This document shows, in pieces, positions 46,943 through 56,893 of a DNA stretch of 64,000 nucleotides; within the stretch, counting starts at the first letter, position 1; each line of letters starts with the position of its first letter. Source of the DNA: a candidate division BRC1 bacterium HGW-BRC1-1 (lineage in GTDB: Bacteria > Sumerlaeota > Sumerlaeia > Sumerlaeales > Sumerlaeaceae); assembly GCA_002842095.1 (NCBI GenBank), contig PHCB01000006.1:206044-270043 (forward strand). The letters are read 5' to 3'. The notes under the pieces are model-generated. The model did not search any database, was not told the origin of the DNA, and saw nothing but the letters and a program-made list of their open reading frames with translations. The translations under genes and the position numbers were made by a program.

Positions 46943-47494
46943 TTAGTCCCAAGGCGAGCAGCCGAGGTCGTCACCCTGAAGGTCGATCATCAGGATACCG
47001 GCCACGAAGTCGACAGCTTCCGAAAGGGAAACCGCAACCTGGGCACCGATGATGCCGACGTGGAGGTCCGCGCCGACTTCAGACGGATCGCGCTGCAAGC
47101 AGCCATTGACGTAGCCAAGGAACGCAAAGCCGGCTTCGTCGATGCACTCTTCGTAGACGGGCAGAACGCGGCCCTTCATACCGAAGCGGGTGGTCTCGTA
47201 CTGACCAAAGCCAACCTCAAGCAGCTCGGTCGCACGAACGTTAACGCCAAAGCCCGTGCCAAAACCAATGCTGGCGCGGCCGATGTCGATGAAGTCCAAC
47301 GCGCGGTTCGGCACATAATACAGAAGCGTGTGCAGGAAGTCGCACTTCTTGGACGGGGCACATACTGGCTCGCAGGGAACCGCAGCAACCGGAACCATAC
47401 GCGCAGGAAGCTCACCACCGGCCATAGCCGAGGTGGCACCTACAAACAAGGCAGCCGCTGCAACCAGCGACGCAAACAACTTAACTCGATTCAT
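46943..47494 (-). CDS. Secreted hypothetical protein (Gly/aromatic beta-rich, Cys-containing)
   Basis: AGGAG RBS, signal peptide ending SAMA/G, own terminator. Confidence 0.8.
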   Translation of the reverse strand: MNRVKLFASLVAAAALFVGATSAMAGGELPARMVPVAAVPCEPVCAPSKKCDFLHTLLYYVPNRALDFIDIGRASIGFGTGFGVNVRATELLEVGFGQYETTRFGMKGRVLPVYEECIDEAGFAFLGYVNGCLQRDPSEVGADLHVGIIGAQVAVSLSEAVDFVAGILMIDLQGDDLGCSPWD

Positions 47495-47701
47495 CAAGAA
47501 TCTCCTTTCCTCAATAGATCCGAATTTACGAATCTGTGGGACACTTTGTTGCACCACTCTACAGGATTGCAAGCACAATCTGCGAAAAAAAATGCTTTAG
47601 ACGTCAGCGGTCGGAATTTTGTTCCCGAAAATCTTTTCGACAGTTCGATTTCATCCTGATTGCATGGTACTCGTCACGGACATTGAAGGAGCTACTGAAC
47701 C

Positions 47702-49150
47702 ATGTCAACACCATATTTATACCCCCTCGTCGCCCGCCTCAACCACGCACACATAGTCGTTGTGGGAGATATCATTGTCGACCATTATGTTCGCGGTATC
47801 TCCGAGCGCATCTCTCCCGAGGCCCCCGTGCCCGTGGTGCTTTTTGAATCCGAGGAAAGTATTCCCGGCGGCGCGGCCAACGTTGCCCGCAACATTGCCT
47901 CCATGGGCGCGCACGCCTCGTGCATCGGGGTGAGCGGCACCGACGCCGACGGCGACCAACTCATCAAGCTGCTCAAAAATCTTTCCATCGAGACCGGTTC
48001 TCTCGTGCGCGACGCCAACCGCGCGACCACCGTGAAGACACGCGTCATGGCTCTGAACCAACAGATGATTCGTCTCGACCGCGAAACCAACGCGCCGGTC
48101 TCGCCCGAAACCGAGGCGCGTCTCATCGAACAAATCCGCGACGCCATGGCGGGCTGCCATGCCGTGGTGCTGAGCGATTATGCCAAGGGGGTTCTCACGC
48201 CCGATGTAATCGCCGCGACCCTCGACCAGGCACGCCGCATGCACATCCCCGTGCTGGTTGATCCCAAGGGGCGCGCCTATGGCCGTTACCGTGGCGCCTA
48301 TGCGCTCACGCCCAACGCCCGCGAAGCGGCCGACGCAACCGGCATCCCCACCAACACCCACGATGGCCTCGCCGCAGCCGCCGCTGAAATTATGCGACAG
48401 ACCGAATGCCAGCTTCTGGTGATTACGCGTGGCGCCGACGGCATCGCGCTGTTCGAACCCGGCGCGGCACCGCTTTTCATGCCCACCGAGGCTCTTGAAG
48501 TTTTCGACGTGACCGGTGCCGGCGACACTTTTGTCGGGTTGCTCGCCACTGCAATTGGCGCAGGCATCGACCATCACAAGGCCGCCGCGCTGGCGAATAC
48601 CGCCGCCGGGGTGGTGGTGGGCAAAAGCGGCGCCGCCGTGATTTCGCCCGATGAACTTCGTGCCGCATTAGAAGAGCGCGCGTCGAAAGCCAAAATTGTA
48701 CGACCGGAAGAACTTGGCGAGTTGGGCGAGAAACTCCGCGCCGGGGGCAAACGCATTGTGCTCGCCAATGGCTGCTTCGATTTCATCCACGCCGGCCACA
48801 TCGATTTTCTCCAACGCGCCCGCGCACTGGGCGACGTGCTCGTGCTGGCCACCAATTCCGACGCCGCAATCACACGACTGAAAGGTGCGCCCCGACCGGT
48901 CATTCGTCGCGACCAGCGCCTGCGCCTTCTCGCCGCCATCAACGAGGTCGATTACCTGACTGTGTTTGAAGACGACACCCCCCACGAGATCATCCGCGCC
49001 CTGCAACCCGACGTGTTGGTGAAGGGCAAAAACTACACCACACCCGAAGTCGAGGGCCACGAGATCATATCAGCGCAGGGCGGCAACGTGGTGCTGCTCG
49101 ATCTCATTCACGAACTGTCGACCGGAGATATTTTGAAGCGGGATAAATAG
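47702..49150 (+). CDS. hldE: Bifunctional D-glycero-beta-D-manno-heptose kinase/adenylyltransferase
   Basis: RISPEAPVPV, GGAANVA, LSDYAKG, DPKG, VFDVTGAGDT; NGCFDF.HAGH, NSD..RLKG..RP, VLVKG. Confidence 0.96.
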   Translation: MSTPYLYPLVARLNHAHIVVVGDIIVDHYVRGISERISPEAPVPVVLFESEESIPGGAANVARNIASMGAHASCIGVSGTDADGDQLIKLLKNLSIETGSLVRDANRATTVKTRVMALNQQMIRLDRETNAPVSPETEARLIEQIRDAMAGCHAVVLSDYAKGVLTPDVIAATLDQARRMHIPVLVDPKGRAYGRYRGAYALTPNAREAADATGIPTNTHDGLAAAAAEIMRQTECQLLVITRGADGIALFEPGAAPLFMPTEALEVFDVTGAGDTFVGLLATAIGAGIDHHKAAALANTAAGVVVGKSGAAVISPDELRAALEERASKAKIVRPEELGELGEKLRAGGKRIVLANGCFDFIHAGHIDFLQRARALGDVLVLATNSDAAITRLKGAPRPVIRRDQRLRLLAAINEVDYLTVFEDDTPHEIIRALQPDVLVKGKNYTTPEVEGHEIISAQGGNVVLLDLIHELSTGDILKRDK

Positions 49151-49431
49151 CGCGCCCGTGTCGGCGCTCAGCCGTCACCTTTTTTCCTGCTTGACATATC
49201 ACCATCACAATTTCACGAACCCTGCAGATTGGCAGTTTCGCTTGTGGAGTTCTCAGTGAACCAGACGCCCTCGATCCGTTTCCCGGGGCGGCGAAGTCTT
49301 CCTTGGCACGCCGCGAACAATTGCGTGTGCCCTCCCACCCAGATCTCCCCTTTCAATTTGTCGACCGGCCCCGCGCCCGCGACAGAACCAGGCACCACCA
49401 CATCGTCCGGAAAGGGGGTGAAATACTTAAA

Positions 49432-49635
49432 ATGCCGCAAGGAAAAGTGAAGTGGTTTAACGATAAGAAAGGCTTCGGATTCATCGAGCCGCTCAATGGA
49501 GGGGAGGACATTTTTGTCCACCACTCTTCGATCACCATGGATGGATTCCGCACGCTCGCCGAAGGCGAAGCCGTGGAGTTCGAACTGATTGACGGCCCCA
49601 AGGGATCGCAAGCCCGCAACGTAACAAAAGCATGA
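49432..49635 (+). CDS. cspA: Cold-shock domain protein
   Basis: GKVKWFN..KGFGFI, DIFVH.S.I..DGFRTL.EG, KG.QA.NV; strong RBS AAGGGGGTGA. Confidence 0.95.
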   Translation: MPQGKVKWFNDKKGFGFIEPLNGGEDIFVHHSSITMDGFRTLAEGEAVEFELIDGPKGSQARNVTKA

Positions 49636-49731
49636 CAACCCCGGGGAACGCCTCTCCCGCTCTATATAAATTCCAACCGTTTTAAGGCGAACCCACCGGC
49701 GCGTCGCAACGCCGGATAACTAAAACAAGAA

Positions 49732-49769
49732 AAGCCCGCTCCACCCTCTGACAAGGATGGTGCGGGCTT
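49732..49769. terminator. Terminator hairpin between convergent csp and iscA
   Basis: AAGCCCGC...GCGGGCTT extended stem; A-rich left flank forms a U-tract for the minus strand. Confidence 0.75.
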
Positions 49770-49787
49770 CAAAATTTTAACAGCCCG

Positions 49788-50114
49788 TCAGGCGGAAAAG
49801 GACGTCCCGCATCCGCAGGTTTTTGTGGCGTTGGGATTGATGAATTTGAATCCGCCGTTCATCAAATCCGTGCTGAAGTCCAGCGTCAGGCCGTTGACGT
49901 AAAGATAGCTTTTCGGATCGCAGAAGATCTTCACACCGTCGAACTCAAACACCTGATCCGCCGGACCATGTTTTTCATCGAGGTTCATGCTGTATGAGAG
50001 CCCCGAGCAACCGCCGCCCTTTACGCCCACCCGCAGCCCCATGCCCGACTGAGCCTGGGCTCCGATCACGCGCTTCACTTCATGCAATGCAGTTTCGGTC
50101 AATGTAATCGCCAT
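49788..50114 (-). CDS. iscA: A-type Fe-S carrier (IscA/HesB)
   Basis: LRVGVKGGGCSG.SY, GF.F.NPNA..TCGCGTSF; GGAGG RBS. Confidence 0.95.
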   Translation of the reverse strand: MAITLTETALHEVKRVIGAQAQSGMGLRVGVKGGGCSGLSYSMNLDEKHGPADQVFEFDGVKIFCDPKSYLYVNGLTLDFSTDLMNGGFKFINPNATKTCGCGTSFSA

Positions 50115-50182
50115 GGTCGGCGGGCCTCCTGTGGAATTTCTGATGCGTAATACAGAACTGCCTCTGTACTATTTAAGGTAAA

Positions 50183-50209
50183 ATGGGATTTATGGGATGT
50201 CTGGGAGTT
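50183..50209 (+). repeat. 9-bp tandem array, 3 x (A/C)TGGGA-NNN
   Basis: atgggattt atgggatgt ctgggagtt, followed by atg. Confidence 0.75.
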
Positions 50210-50450
50210 ATGAATTTCTCGACCTGGTTCAATTGCCATTTCACGGTCCATGGGGGAGCATACGGTTGAACCTTACCGTGTTGTGCAGGTTCCACCGACT
50301 TCAACCCCCGCCCGAGTGGTATGGTTTTTGATCAATGACTTCAGTGCGGAGATTTACTTTTCCGCTCCCGGATGCGCCGGGTTGGCTTCAGACCTCCGCT
50401 TCACCCGCGGCGCAATCGGGGCAGATGGCAGGATATGAGGATATGTTGCA

Positions 50451-52187
50451 ATGATGTTCGACACCGAAACTCAACTGGGCAAGGCGCTCGTAGCCAAGGG
50501 ATTGCTCGATACCGACAATCTCGAAATCGCCCTGCGCGAACACCACAAGTCCGGTGAGCGCCTCGGCGACGTGCTGGTAAAGATGAACCTCGCAACCGTC
50601 GACGATGTCCTCCACTGTCTGGCCGATCAACTGCAACTTCCCTTCGTGCGTCTGGGCGATATTCAGATTCCCAAGTCCGTCATCGAGCGCGTGCCTGCGA
50701 AACTCGTCAGCCACTACCACTGCGTGCCCATCGAGCAACACAACGGCTCCATTCGGGTCGCCGTGAGCGATCCCCTCGACGTCCACATGCTCGACGACCT
50801 GCGCTTCAACTTGAAGCTGGAGGTGGAGCCCGTGGTGGCTTCCCCCAAGGATATCGCCGCCGCCATTAACCGCTATTACGGCATCGGCGCGGCCACCATC
50901 GAGGAACTTGAAGAAGACCGCGGCGCGGAAACCACGCTGGATGTGGACCGTGGCATCGAGGACATCGACGAGATGGCCGAGGATGCGTCCATCGTCCGGT
51001 TCGTGAACCAGATCATCAAGGAGGCCATGGCCGACCGCGCGACCGACATTCACGTGGAGCCCTTCGAGCAGGAACTTCGCATCCGTTACCGCATCGACGG
51101 CATGCTCTACGAGGCGACGATCCCGCCGAGCATCAAGCGGTTCCAGAGCGCCATTATTTCGCGCATCAAGATCATGGCCGACATGAACATCGCCGAGCGC
51201 CGCCTGCCCCAGGACGGCAAGATCAAGGTGAAGATGGGCGAGAACGACTATGACTTGCGCGTGTCGACCCTGCCCACACCCTACGGCGAGTCCATCTCCA
51301 TCCGTATTCTTTCGCGCGACAGCGAGCTGATCTCCCTCGACCGTCTCGGCCTCGACGAGCACAATCTGCTGTTGCTGCGCCGGATGATCCAGAAGCCCCA
51401 CGGCATTCTTTTCGTCACCGGCCCCACCGGCTCGGGCAAAAGCACCACGCTGTACGCCGCCCTGAGCGAGATCAACCAGGTCGACAAAAAGATCATCACG
51501 GTGGAGGACCCCATCGAATATCGCATCTCCGGCGTGACGCAAACGCAGGTGAACGCGCAGATCGACCTGACCTTCGCCCGCGTGTTGCGCACCATGCTGC
51601 GCCAGGATCCCGACGTAATCATGGTGGGTGAGACCCGCGACCCGGAAACCGCCCAGGCCGCCATCCGTGCCGCCCTCACGGGCCACATGGTTTTCAGCAC
51701 GCTGCACACCAACGACGCCGCCGGCGCCGTGAGCCGCCTGCTCGACATGGGCATCGAACCGTTCCTCATCGCCAGTTCCGTGGAGGGCCTCATCGCCCAG
51801 CGCCTCGTGCGCGTGTTGTGCAAGATCTGCAAACAGTCCTTCCAGCCCGGCCCCGAGGTGCTCAACCGCCTGCGCCTGAACAAGCTCGAAACCGATGGAG
51901 CAGAGTTCATGAAGCCGGTCGGGTGCGAGAAGTGCCGCTACACGGGCTTCCGGGGGCGTACCGCAATTTATGAAATCATCAAAGTCGACGAAAACATGAA
52001 GCCCCTCATCGTCGACCGCAAACCTTCGAACGTATTGAAAGCCTCCGCCCTCGCAGCGGGAATGCGCACCATCCGGGAAGACGGCTGGTTCAAGGTGCGC
52101 GCCGGCATAACGACCATCGACGAAGTACTGCGCGTGACGATGGAAGACGAATTCGGCGGCGCTTCGTATGAGGACGCCCTTCAATGA
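50451..52187 (+). CDS. gspE: Type II secretion/type IV pilus assembly ATPase
   Basis: ATDIHVEP, IAERRLPQDG, GPTGSGKSTT, VEDPIEY, LRQDPD, STLHTND, CKIC/CEKC; MshEN-like N-terminus. Confidence 0.95.
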   Translation: MMFDTETQLGKALVAKGLLDTDNLEIALREHHKSGERLGDVLVKMNLATVDDVLHCLADQLQLPFVRLGDIQIPKSVIERVPAKLVSHYHCVPIEQHNGSIRVAVSDPLDVHMLDDLRFNLKLEVEPVVASPKDIAAAINRYYGIGAATIEELEEDRGAETTLDVDRGIEDIDEMAEDASIVRFVNQIIKEAMADRATDIHVEPFEQELRIRYRIDGMLYEATIPPSIKRFQSAIISRIKIMADMNIAERRLPQDGKIKVKMGENDYDLRVSTLPTPYGESISIRILSRDSELISLDRLGLDEHNLLLLRRMIQKPHGILFVTGPTGSGKSTTLYAALSEINQVDKKIITVEDPIEYRISGVTQTQVNAQIDLTFARVLRTMLRQDPDVIMVGETRDPETAQAAIRAALTGHMVFSTLHTNDAAGAVSRLLDMGIEPFLIASSVEGLIAQRLVRVLCKICKQSFQPGPEVLNRLRLNKLETDGAEFMKPVGCEKCRYTGFRGRTAIYEIIKVDENMKPLIVDRKPSNVLKASALAAGMRTIREDGWFKVRAGITTIDEVLRVTMEDEFGGASYEDALQ

Positions 52188-52229
52188 TTCCAACCATGAC
52201 ACCAGCCCGCCGGGAGGCCCGCCGCTAAC

Positions 52230-53450
52230 GTGCCTTTGTTCAGTTACAAAGCCAAGGATTCCACCGGGCAGATCATCGCGGGCACCCTCGAGGCCGAATC
52301 GGTGACGCTCGTCACGTCGCGCCTTCAGGCGATGGGTTACTTCCCGGTTTCCATCGACAACGAATCGGCACGCAAAAAATCTCGCACCGGCGTGACCTTG
52401 CACCGCAAGGGGCGCGTGAAGGTGAACGATCTGGCCACCTTCAACCGCCAACTGGCCGATCTCCTCGGGTCGGGGATTCCGCTGGTGCGCGCACTGGGTG
52501 TCATCCAACACCAGACGACCAACCCGACGCTGACAGAGATCATCACCCAGATCACGCAGGACGTCTCGGGCGGCGATTCGCTGGCCGTGTCCATGGGCAA
52601 ACATCCGCGCGTTTTCAGCAAGCTGCACTGCGCCATGGTGAAGTCCGGCGAGGCCGGCGGCATGCTCGACACCATCCTCACACGACTGGCGGACTTCGCC
52701 GAAACGGAGGCCGAGCTTCGCGGCAAAATCAAAAGCGCACTGGCCTATCCCGCCGTCATGGTGTTCGCGGGCACGGGCGCAGTGATCATCATGATGACCG
52801 TCGTCATGCCGAAGATCACGCGCATTTACACCGAAATGAACCAGGCCCTCCCCGCGCCGACGCAAATCCTCATCAGCACCAACGCAATTCTCCAATCCTA
52901 TTGGTACATAATCCTCCTTGTCCTCGGCTCGGCATTTTTCATTTTCTGGCGCGCCATCCACACCGTTGAGGGCAAGCGCGCAGTGGATACTGCAATCATT
53001 CGCATCCCGTTGCTGGGCGCCCTCATCGTGAAAAAAGAAGTGGCCAACTTCGCCCGCACGCTCGGCTCACTGCTCCACAACGGTGTGTCCATCCTGCCCG
53101 CGCTGGAGATAACCCACGAGGTTTTGAACAACCGCGTGGTGGCCGACGAGGTGGCGAAGATTCCCGCCAATGTAACCCAGGGCGAGGGGATCGCCGCACC
53201 GTTGAAAAAGAGCACGGTGTTCCCTCCCGTGGTGGTGAACATGATCGCCATCGGCGAGGAAACCGGCCATCTCGACGACATATTAATGAAGGTGGCCCGC
53301 AGCTACGACATGGAAGTGGACCGCCAGATGAAAACGCTGACGAGCCTCATCGAGCCGATCATCATTCTGGCCATGGGTCTCGTGGTGGGTTTCATTGTGG
53401 TGGCAATGCTGCTGCCCATATTCTCCATCGATCCGGCGGCCGGCGGCTGA
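52230..53450 (+). CDS. gspF: T2SS inner-membrane platform protein
   Basis: GTG start with GGAGG RBS; F.RQLA.LL.SG.PL, GEAGG.L, ALAYP, GEETG.LD, IEP. Confidence 0.95.
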   Translation: MPLFSYKAKDSTGQIIAGTLEAESVTLVTSRLQAMGYFPVSIDNESARKKSRTGVTLHRKGRVKVNDLATFNRQLADLLGSGIPLVRALGVIQHQTTNPTLTEIITQITQDVSGGDSLAVSMGKHPRVFSKLHCAMVKSGEAGGMLDTILTRLADFAETEAELRGKIKSALAYPAVMVFAGTGAVIIMMTVVMPKITRIYTEMNQALPAPTQILISTNAILQSYWYIILLVLGSAFFIFWRAIHTVEGKRAVDTAIIRIPLLGALIVKKEVANFARTLGSLLHNGVSILPALEITHEVLNNRVVADEVAKIPANVTQGEGIAAPLKKSTVFPPVVVNMIAIGEETGHLDDILMKVARSYDMEVDRQMKTLTSLIEPIIILAMGLVVGFIVVAMLLPIFSIDPAAGG

Positions 53451-54034
53451 TGCGGCTTCGCGACATAGCATTCCGCAGACGGTTTGCGCGCAAATCCCGG
53501 CGCGCCATGACCCTGCTGGAAATCCTCGTCGTGATGACCGTCATGGCCATACTCATGGCCATCGCCTTCCCCAGCATGCGCGGCATGAACGACCACAACA
53601 AGCTGCGCGCCACGGCCCGCGAGATTGTCGCGCTGTCGAAGTATGCGCGCAACGAGGCGGTGTTCGGCGAGCGGCGGACACAGATCTTTCTCGACGTGGC
53701 CAAGCGCGAATTCTGGCTGGACCTGCGCACGCCCGACGCCAAAACCGGCGAATACCGCACGGGGAAAAATAAAAACCAGTTCGAGCAACGACGCACGCTG
53801 AACAAGGATATCTGGTTCGACGAGGTGACGACGCTCGATCGCAACGTGATCCGCGACAAGGTCATCGCGCTGGATTTCTTCCCCGATGGCACCGCCTCTC
53901 CGGCCATGATCACGCTGACGAACAAGGCGGAAAAGCGCATGACCGTTGAACTGCTGAAGGGCAGCGGCATGGCCGAGGTAACACCGGGCTCCATCGCCGA
54001 CAAACAGGAACGCGCCGCCGAGGGCGAACGATGA
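53450..54034 (+). CDS. Minor pseudopilin (GspH/FimT-like)
   Basis: Prepilin leader KSRRA/MTLLEIL, AR.EAV, FFPDG. Confidence 0.85.
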   Translation: MRLRDIAFRRRFARKSRRAMTLLEILVVMTVMAILMAIAFPSMRGMNDHNKLRATAREIVALSKYARNEAVFGERRTQIFLDVAKREFWLDLRTPDAKTGEYRTGKNKNQFEQRRTLNKDIWFDEVTTLDRNVIRDKVIALDFFPDGTASPAMITLTNKAEKRMTVELLKGSGMAEVTPGSIADKQERAAEGER

Positions 54035-54531
54035 TGCGCCTCCATCGTCCACGCCGCCGACGCGCAGGGTTCGTGCTGCTCGAAGTGCTCGTTTCCATGG
54101 TGATCCTCGGCATCTCCGTGGCCACGCTCATGCGCTCCTTTACCATGTCGCTGCAGGCCCTGCGCACCAACCAGATTGTGCACCAGGCCACGGTGCTGGC
54201 CGACCAGCTTGTGGCCGACCTCGAACTGGCGCCCCCCACGCAATCGAGTTCGGAGGGAAGCTTCGAAGAGCAGGGCTACCCGAACTTTTCGTGGAGCATG
54301 CGCTACGAGGAAACGGAGCCACGCTACCGCTCCGCCACCACGAAGAACAAAGTTAAACTGCGCCCTCTGCGCCATGCCCTGGTGAAACTCACCTACGACG
54401 ACGGCCGGCGGAAACGCTGGGTGCCCCTGTCGGTGGATGTGTACCTACAGCCCATCGAGCGCTGGAGCTATCAGTCGAAATTCTTCAACGAACTCTTCAA
54501 AGAGGAACCCGAGGGAGGAGGCCGCCGATGA
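54031..54531 (+). CDS. Minor pseudopilin (GspI-like)
   Basis: RRRAG/FVLLEVL; A..LA..L, EG.F, F.W. Confidence 0.85.
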   Translation: MMRLHRPRRRRAGFVLLEVLVSMVILGISVATLMRSFTMSLQALRTNQIVHQATVLADQLVADLELAPPTQSSSEGSFEEQGYPNFSWSMRYEETEPRYRSATTKNKVKLRPLRHALVKLTYDDGRRKRWVPLSVDVYLQPIERWSYQSKFFNELFKEEPEGGGRR

Positions 54532-55556
54532 TCCTCCGCCGCCGCCCCGCCAAAGGCTTCACCCTCATCGAACTGATGGTCGCCATGGTGATTTTCACGC
54601 TCGTCATGTCGTCGGTCTTCATCTCGTTTCGAACCGCGGTGTCCAGCTACGACCTCGGCATCATCACCAGCGAGCGTGGCCAGACGGAACGCTACGCCAC
54701 CACCGTGCTCACCAACGACCTGCGCAACGCCTACTACCTCAGCCCGTCGCGCTACAACATCACGCGCCGCCAGAAGGAAAACATGGCCATGCAGCAGGAG
54801 GCGCGCCTGCTCAAGAGCTCTTCAACCCGCGACACCGAAAGCGACAATTCGCTGCTGGATGATCTGCCGCCTCCCATCGATCTCAACTTCCGTGCCATGG
54901 ACAACGGCGAGACCGACGAGATTTCCTTCGTGCGCCGCCAGGGCATGAACTACAACGAAGACCGCATGCCGTGGGGCCTTGAGCGCCTCCGCTACTTCAT
55001 ACAAGACGGCGCGTTGTATCGCAGCATCGACGACGTGAGGGGCGCCGAGACCGACGAATACGGCAACCCCATCCCCAAGGAAATCCCCCCGCGCGTGGAA
55101 AAAATCGGCACGAACGTGAAGGGGATCGACTTCAAGTTCGGTTACTGGTACGATAAAGAATGGCTGACCGCCACCGACTGGGACAGCAATTCGCCGCGCT
55201 ACCGCAACCCCGTCACCGAGGACTCGGAACAGGACCAGACCAACGAAGAGACGCTGCCCGACTCGCAGTCCGCGCTGTTGAAACAGCAGGAAATGGAGCA
55301 GCGGGTGGATGACATGCCCTCCTGGGTGGAAATCACCTACGAGTTTGCCAACCCCGCCAAGCCCGACGCGGTCACGAAAATCCGGCAGGTGGTGATGCTG
55401 CCCCAGGCCCAGGAAACGTATGTCCCCGAGGAAATTTTCGAAGAAAGCTCAAAGCTGCAGCGCATGAAGCAGGAAGGCGGCGAAAAGAGCGACGCCCGCC
55501 CCAACGATCGCCGTCCCTCGCGCTCATCCGGCGGCGGAAAGTCGACCCGCCAATGA
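54528..55556 (+). CDS. Minor pseudopilin (GspJ-like)
   Basis: PAKG/FTLIELMVAM, DLRNA, LYR, W..DWDS, P.WVEI. Confidence 0.85.
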   Translation: MILRRRPAKGFTLIELMVAMVIFTLVMSSVFISFRTAVSSYDLGIITSERGQTERYATTVLTNDLRNAYYLSPSRYNITRRQKENMAMQQEARLLKSSSTRDTESDNSLLDDLPPPIDLNFRAMDNGETDEISFVRRQGMNYNEDRMPWGLERLRYFIQDGALYRSIDDVRGAETDEYGNPIPKEIPPRVEKIGTNVKGIDFKFGYWYDKEWLTATDWDSNSPRYRNPVTEDSEQDQTNEETLPDSQSALLKQQEMEQRVDDMPSWVEITYEFANPAKPDAVTKIRQVVMLPQAQETYVPEEIFEESSKLQRMKQEGGEKSDARPNDRRPSRSSGGGKSTRQ

Positions 55557-56881
55557 CATTCTTCGCGCCCCGATTTGCGCGCCGCCGCCGCGCCCTCGTG
55601 CTTGTGCTGGTCCTCTGGCTCATCGTGGTCATGGGCGTCATCGCCACCAGCCTCGCCTACGAGGTGCAGGTGAACTCGAAGCTCGCGCTCATCCAGAAAC
55701 GCCAGTTCGTCGCCCACACACTGGCCCGCAGCGCCATCGCCATCGGCATGACGCACCTGCAAAATGACATCCTCATGGACCGCGAAGAAGACCCCCAGCA
55801 GATGTTCGATGCCTATTGCGACGTGTGGGCCCAGCCCGACCGCAAGGAGAAGGAAATCGAAGTCAAGATGGGCGAGGGGACCTACGAACTCGAAGTGAAC
55901 GACGAAGAGGGGAAACTGAACCTCAACTTCGCCAACCAGAAAGTGATGAAGGCGATGCTCCTCCTGTACGACTACGACGAGGATGATGCCGAAATGATCG
56001 CCAACGCGCTGGTGGATTTCCGCGACCCCGACGACATGTCGCTGGGCGAGGCGGGCACACCCGAAGACGAATACTACAGCGGTTTGCTGGGCCAGCGTTT
56101 CACGCAAATTGGCGACACTTCCGAGGCGCCCATTTACACCTGCCCCAACGAAAACTATCTGACCACCGACCAGTTGCTGGACGTGTTCGGCATAGAGCCG
56201 GAGGTTTACTACGGCTTCGATCCCGCGTCCGAGGAGGCGAAAGAACTGCGCATCCGTAACGAAATAGCCGCGGGCCGCACGCCGGTGGTGCGCAAAGAGC
56301 GCAGCCGCAAGGGCGAACTCAGCCCCCTGCGCGACATCCTGACGGTGCACGGCTCCGGCAAGGTGAACATCAACACCGCGCCCGAGGAAGTACTGACCAT
56401 CCTGTTTTATGCGGGCAACGACCTGGGCGATCTTCCCGCCGCCCGCTCCGCCGCCGAGGCGGTGGTGAAGGCCCGCGGGTCCGACCGACGCGGCAGCAGC
56501 CCCCGCGCCGACGACGCCTTCAAATCCGCCGCCGATCTGGCGAAAATCCCCGGCGTTAACGTCGGCGCGCTGACTCAGGGCGGAGGCGGCGCCGGCGGCG
56601 GCGCGATCCAACTGGCTTTCCGATCCGAGACTTTTTCCGTGACAGGAATCGGACGCGTCGGAAGCATCAAAAAAACCATCACCACTCTCGTGTCACGCAC
56701 CCTCGACACGTACAACCCCGACGATGCCCGGCTGACGAACACCGACAAGGGTTTCAGGGCGGGGCGGCGCGGGGGCGGTTTCGCAAACAGGAAACGCACG
56801 GTCTCTACCCGAGGGAAAAAGGGCGAGGACGACAATTTTATCCGCATTCCGGCTATCCGGGTGCTGCAGTGGACGGAATAA
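55553..56881 (+). CDS. gspK: Minor pseudopilin GspK
   Basis: RRRA/LVLVLVLW (no E5), DEEGKLNLN, LVDFRDPDD, GKVNINTAP.EVL, SETF.V.G.G. Confidence 0.9.
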   Translation: MTFFAPRFARRRRALVLVLVLWLIVVMGVIATSLAYEVQVNSKLALIQKRQFVAHTLARSAIAIGMTHLQNDILMDREEDPQQMFDAYCDVWAQPDRKEKEIEVKMGEGTYELEVNDEEGKLNLNFANQKVMKAMLLLYDYDEDDAEMIANALVDFRDPDDMSLGEAGTPEDEYYSGLLGQRFTQIGDTSEAPIYTCPNENYLTTDQLLDVFGIEPEVYYGFDPASEEAKELRIRNEIAAGRTPVVRKERSRKGELSPLRDILTVHGSGKVNINTAPEEVLTILFYAGNDLGDLPAARSAAEAVVKARGSDRRGSSPRADDAFKSAADLAKIPGVNVGALTQGGGGAGGGAIQLAFRSETFSVTGIGRVGSIKKTITTLVSRTLDTYNPDDARLTNTDKGFRAGRRGGGFANRKRTVSTRGKKGEDDNFIRIPAIRVLQWTE

Positions 56882-56893
56882 CGGAAACCATTT

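Noticed and set aside
50388-52961. 857-aa antisense ORF over gspE/gspF, and similar long shadow ORFs (24743-26695, 56693-58864, 14552-16186, 16836-18236)
   Set aside because: They lie opposite well-supported genes and have no motifs; high-GC codon bias suppresses antisense stops.
56855-56881. GspK C-terminus (RVLQWTE) as a third copy of the W-containing tail
   Set aside because: It lacks the acidic residue before W and the terminal L-[YF]; a near-terminal Trp is usual for GspK proteins.
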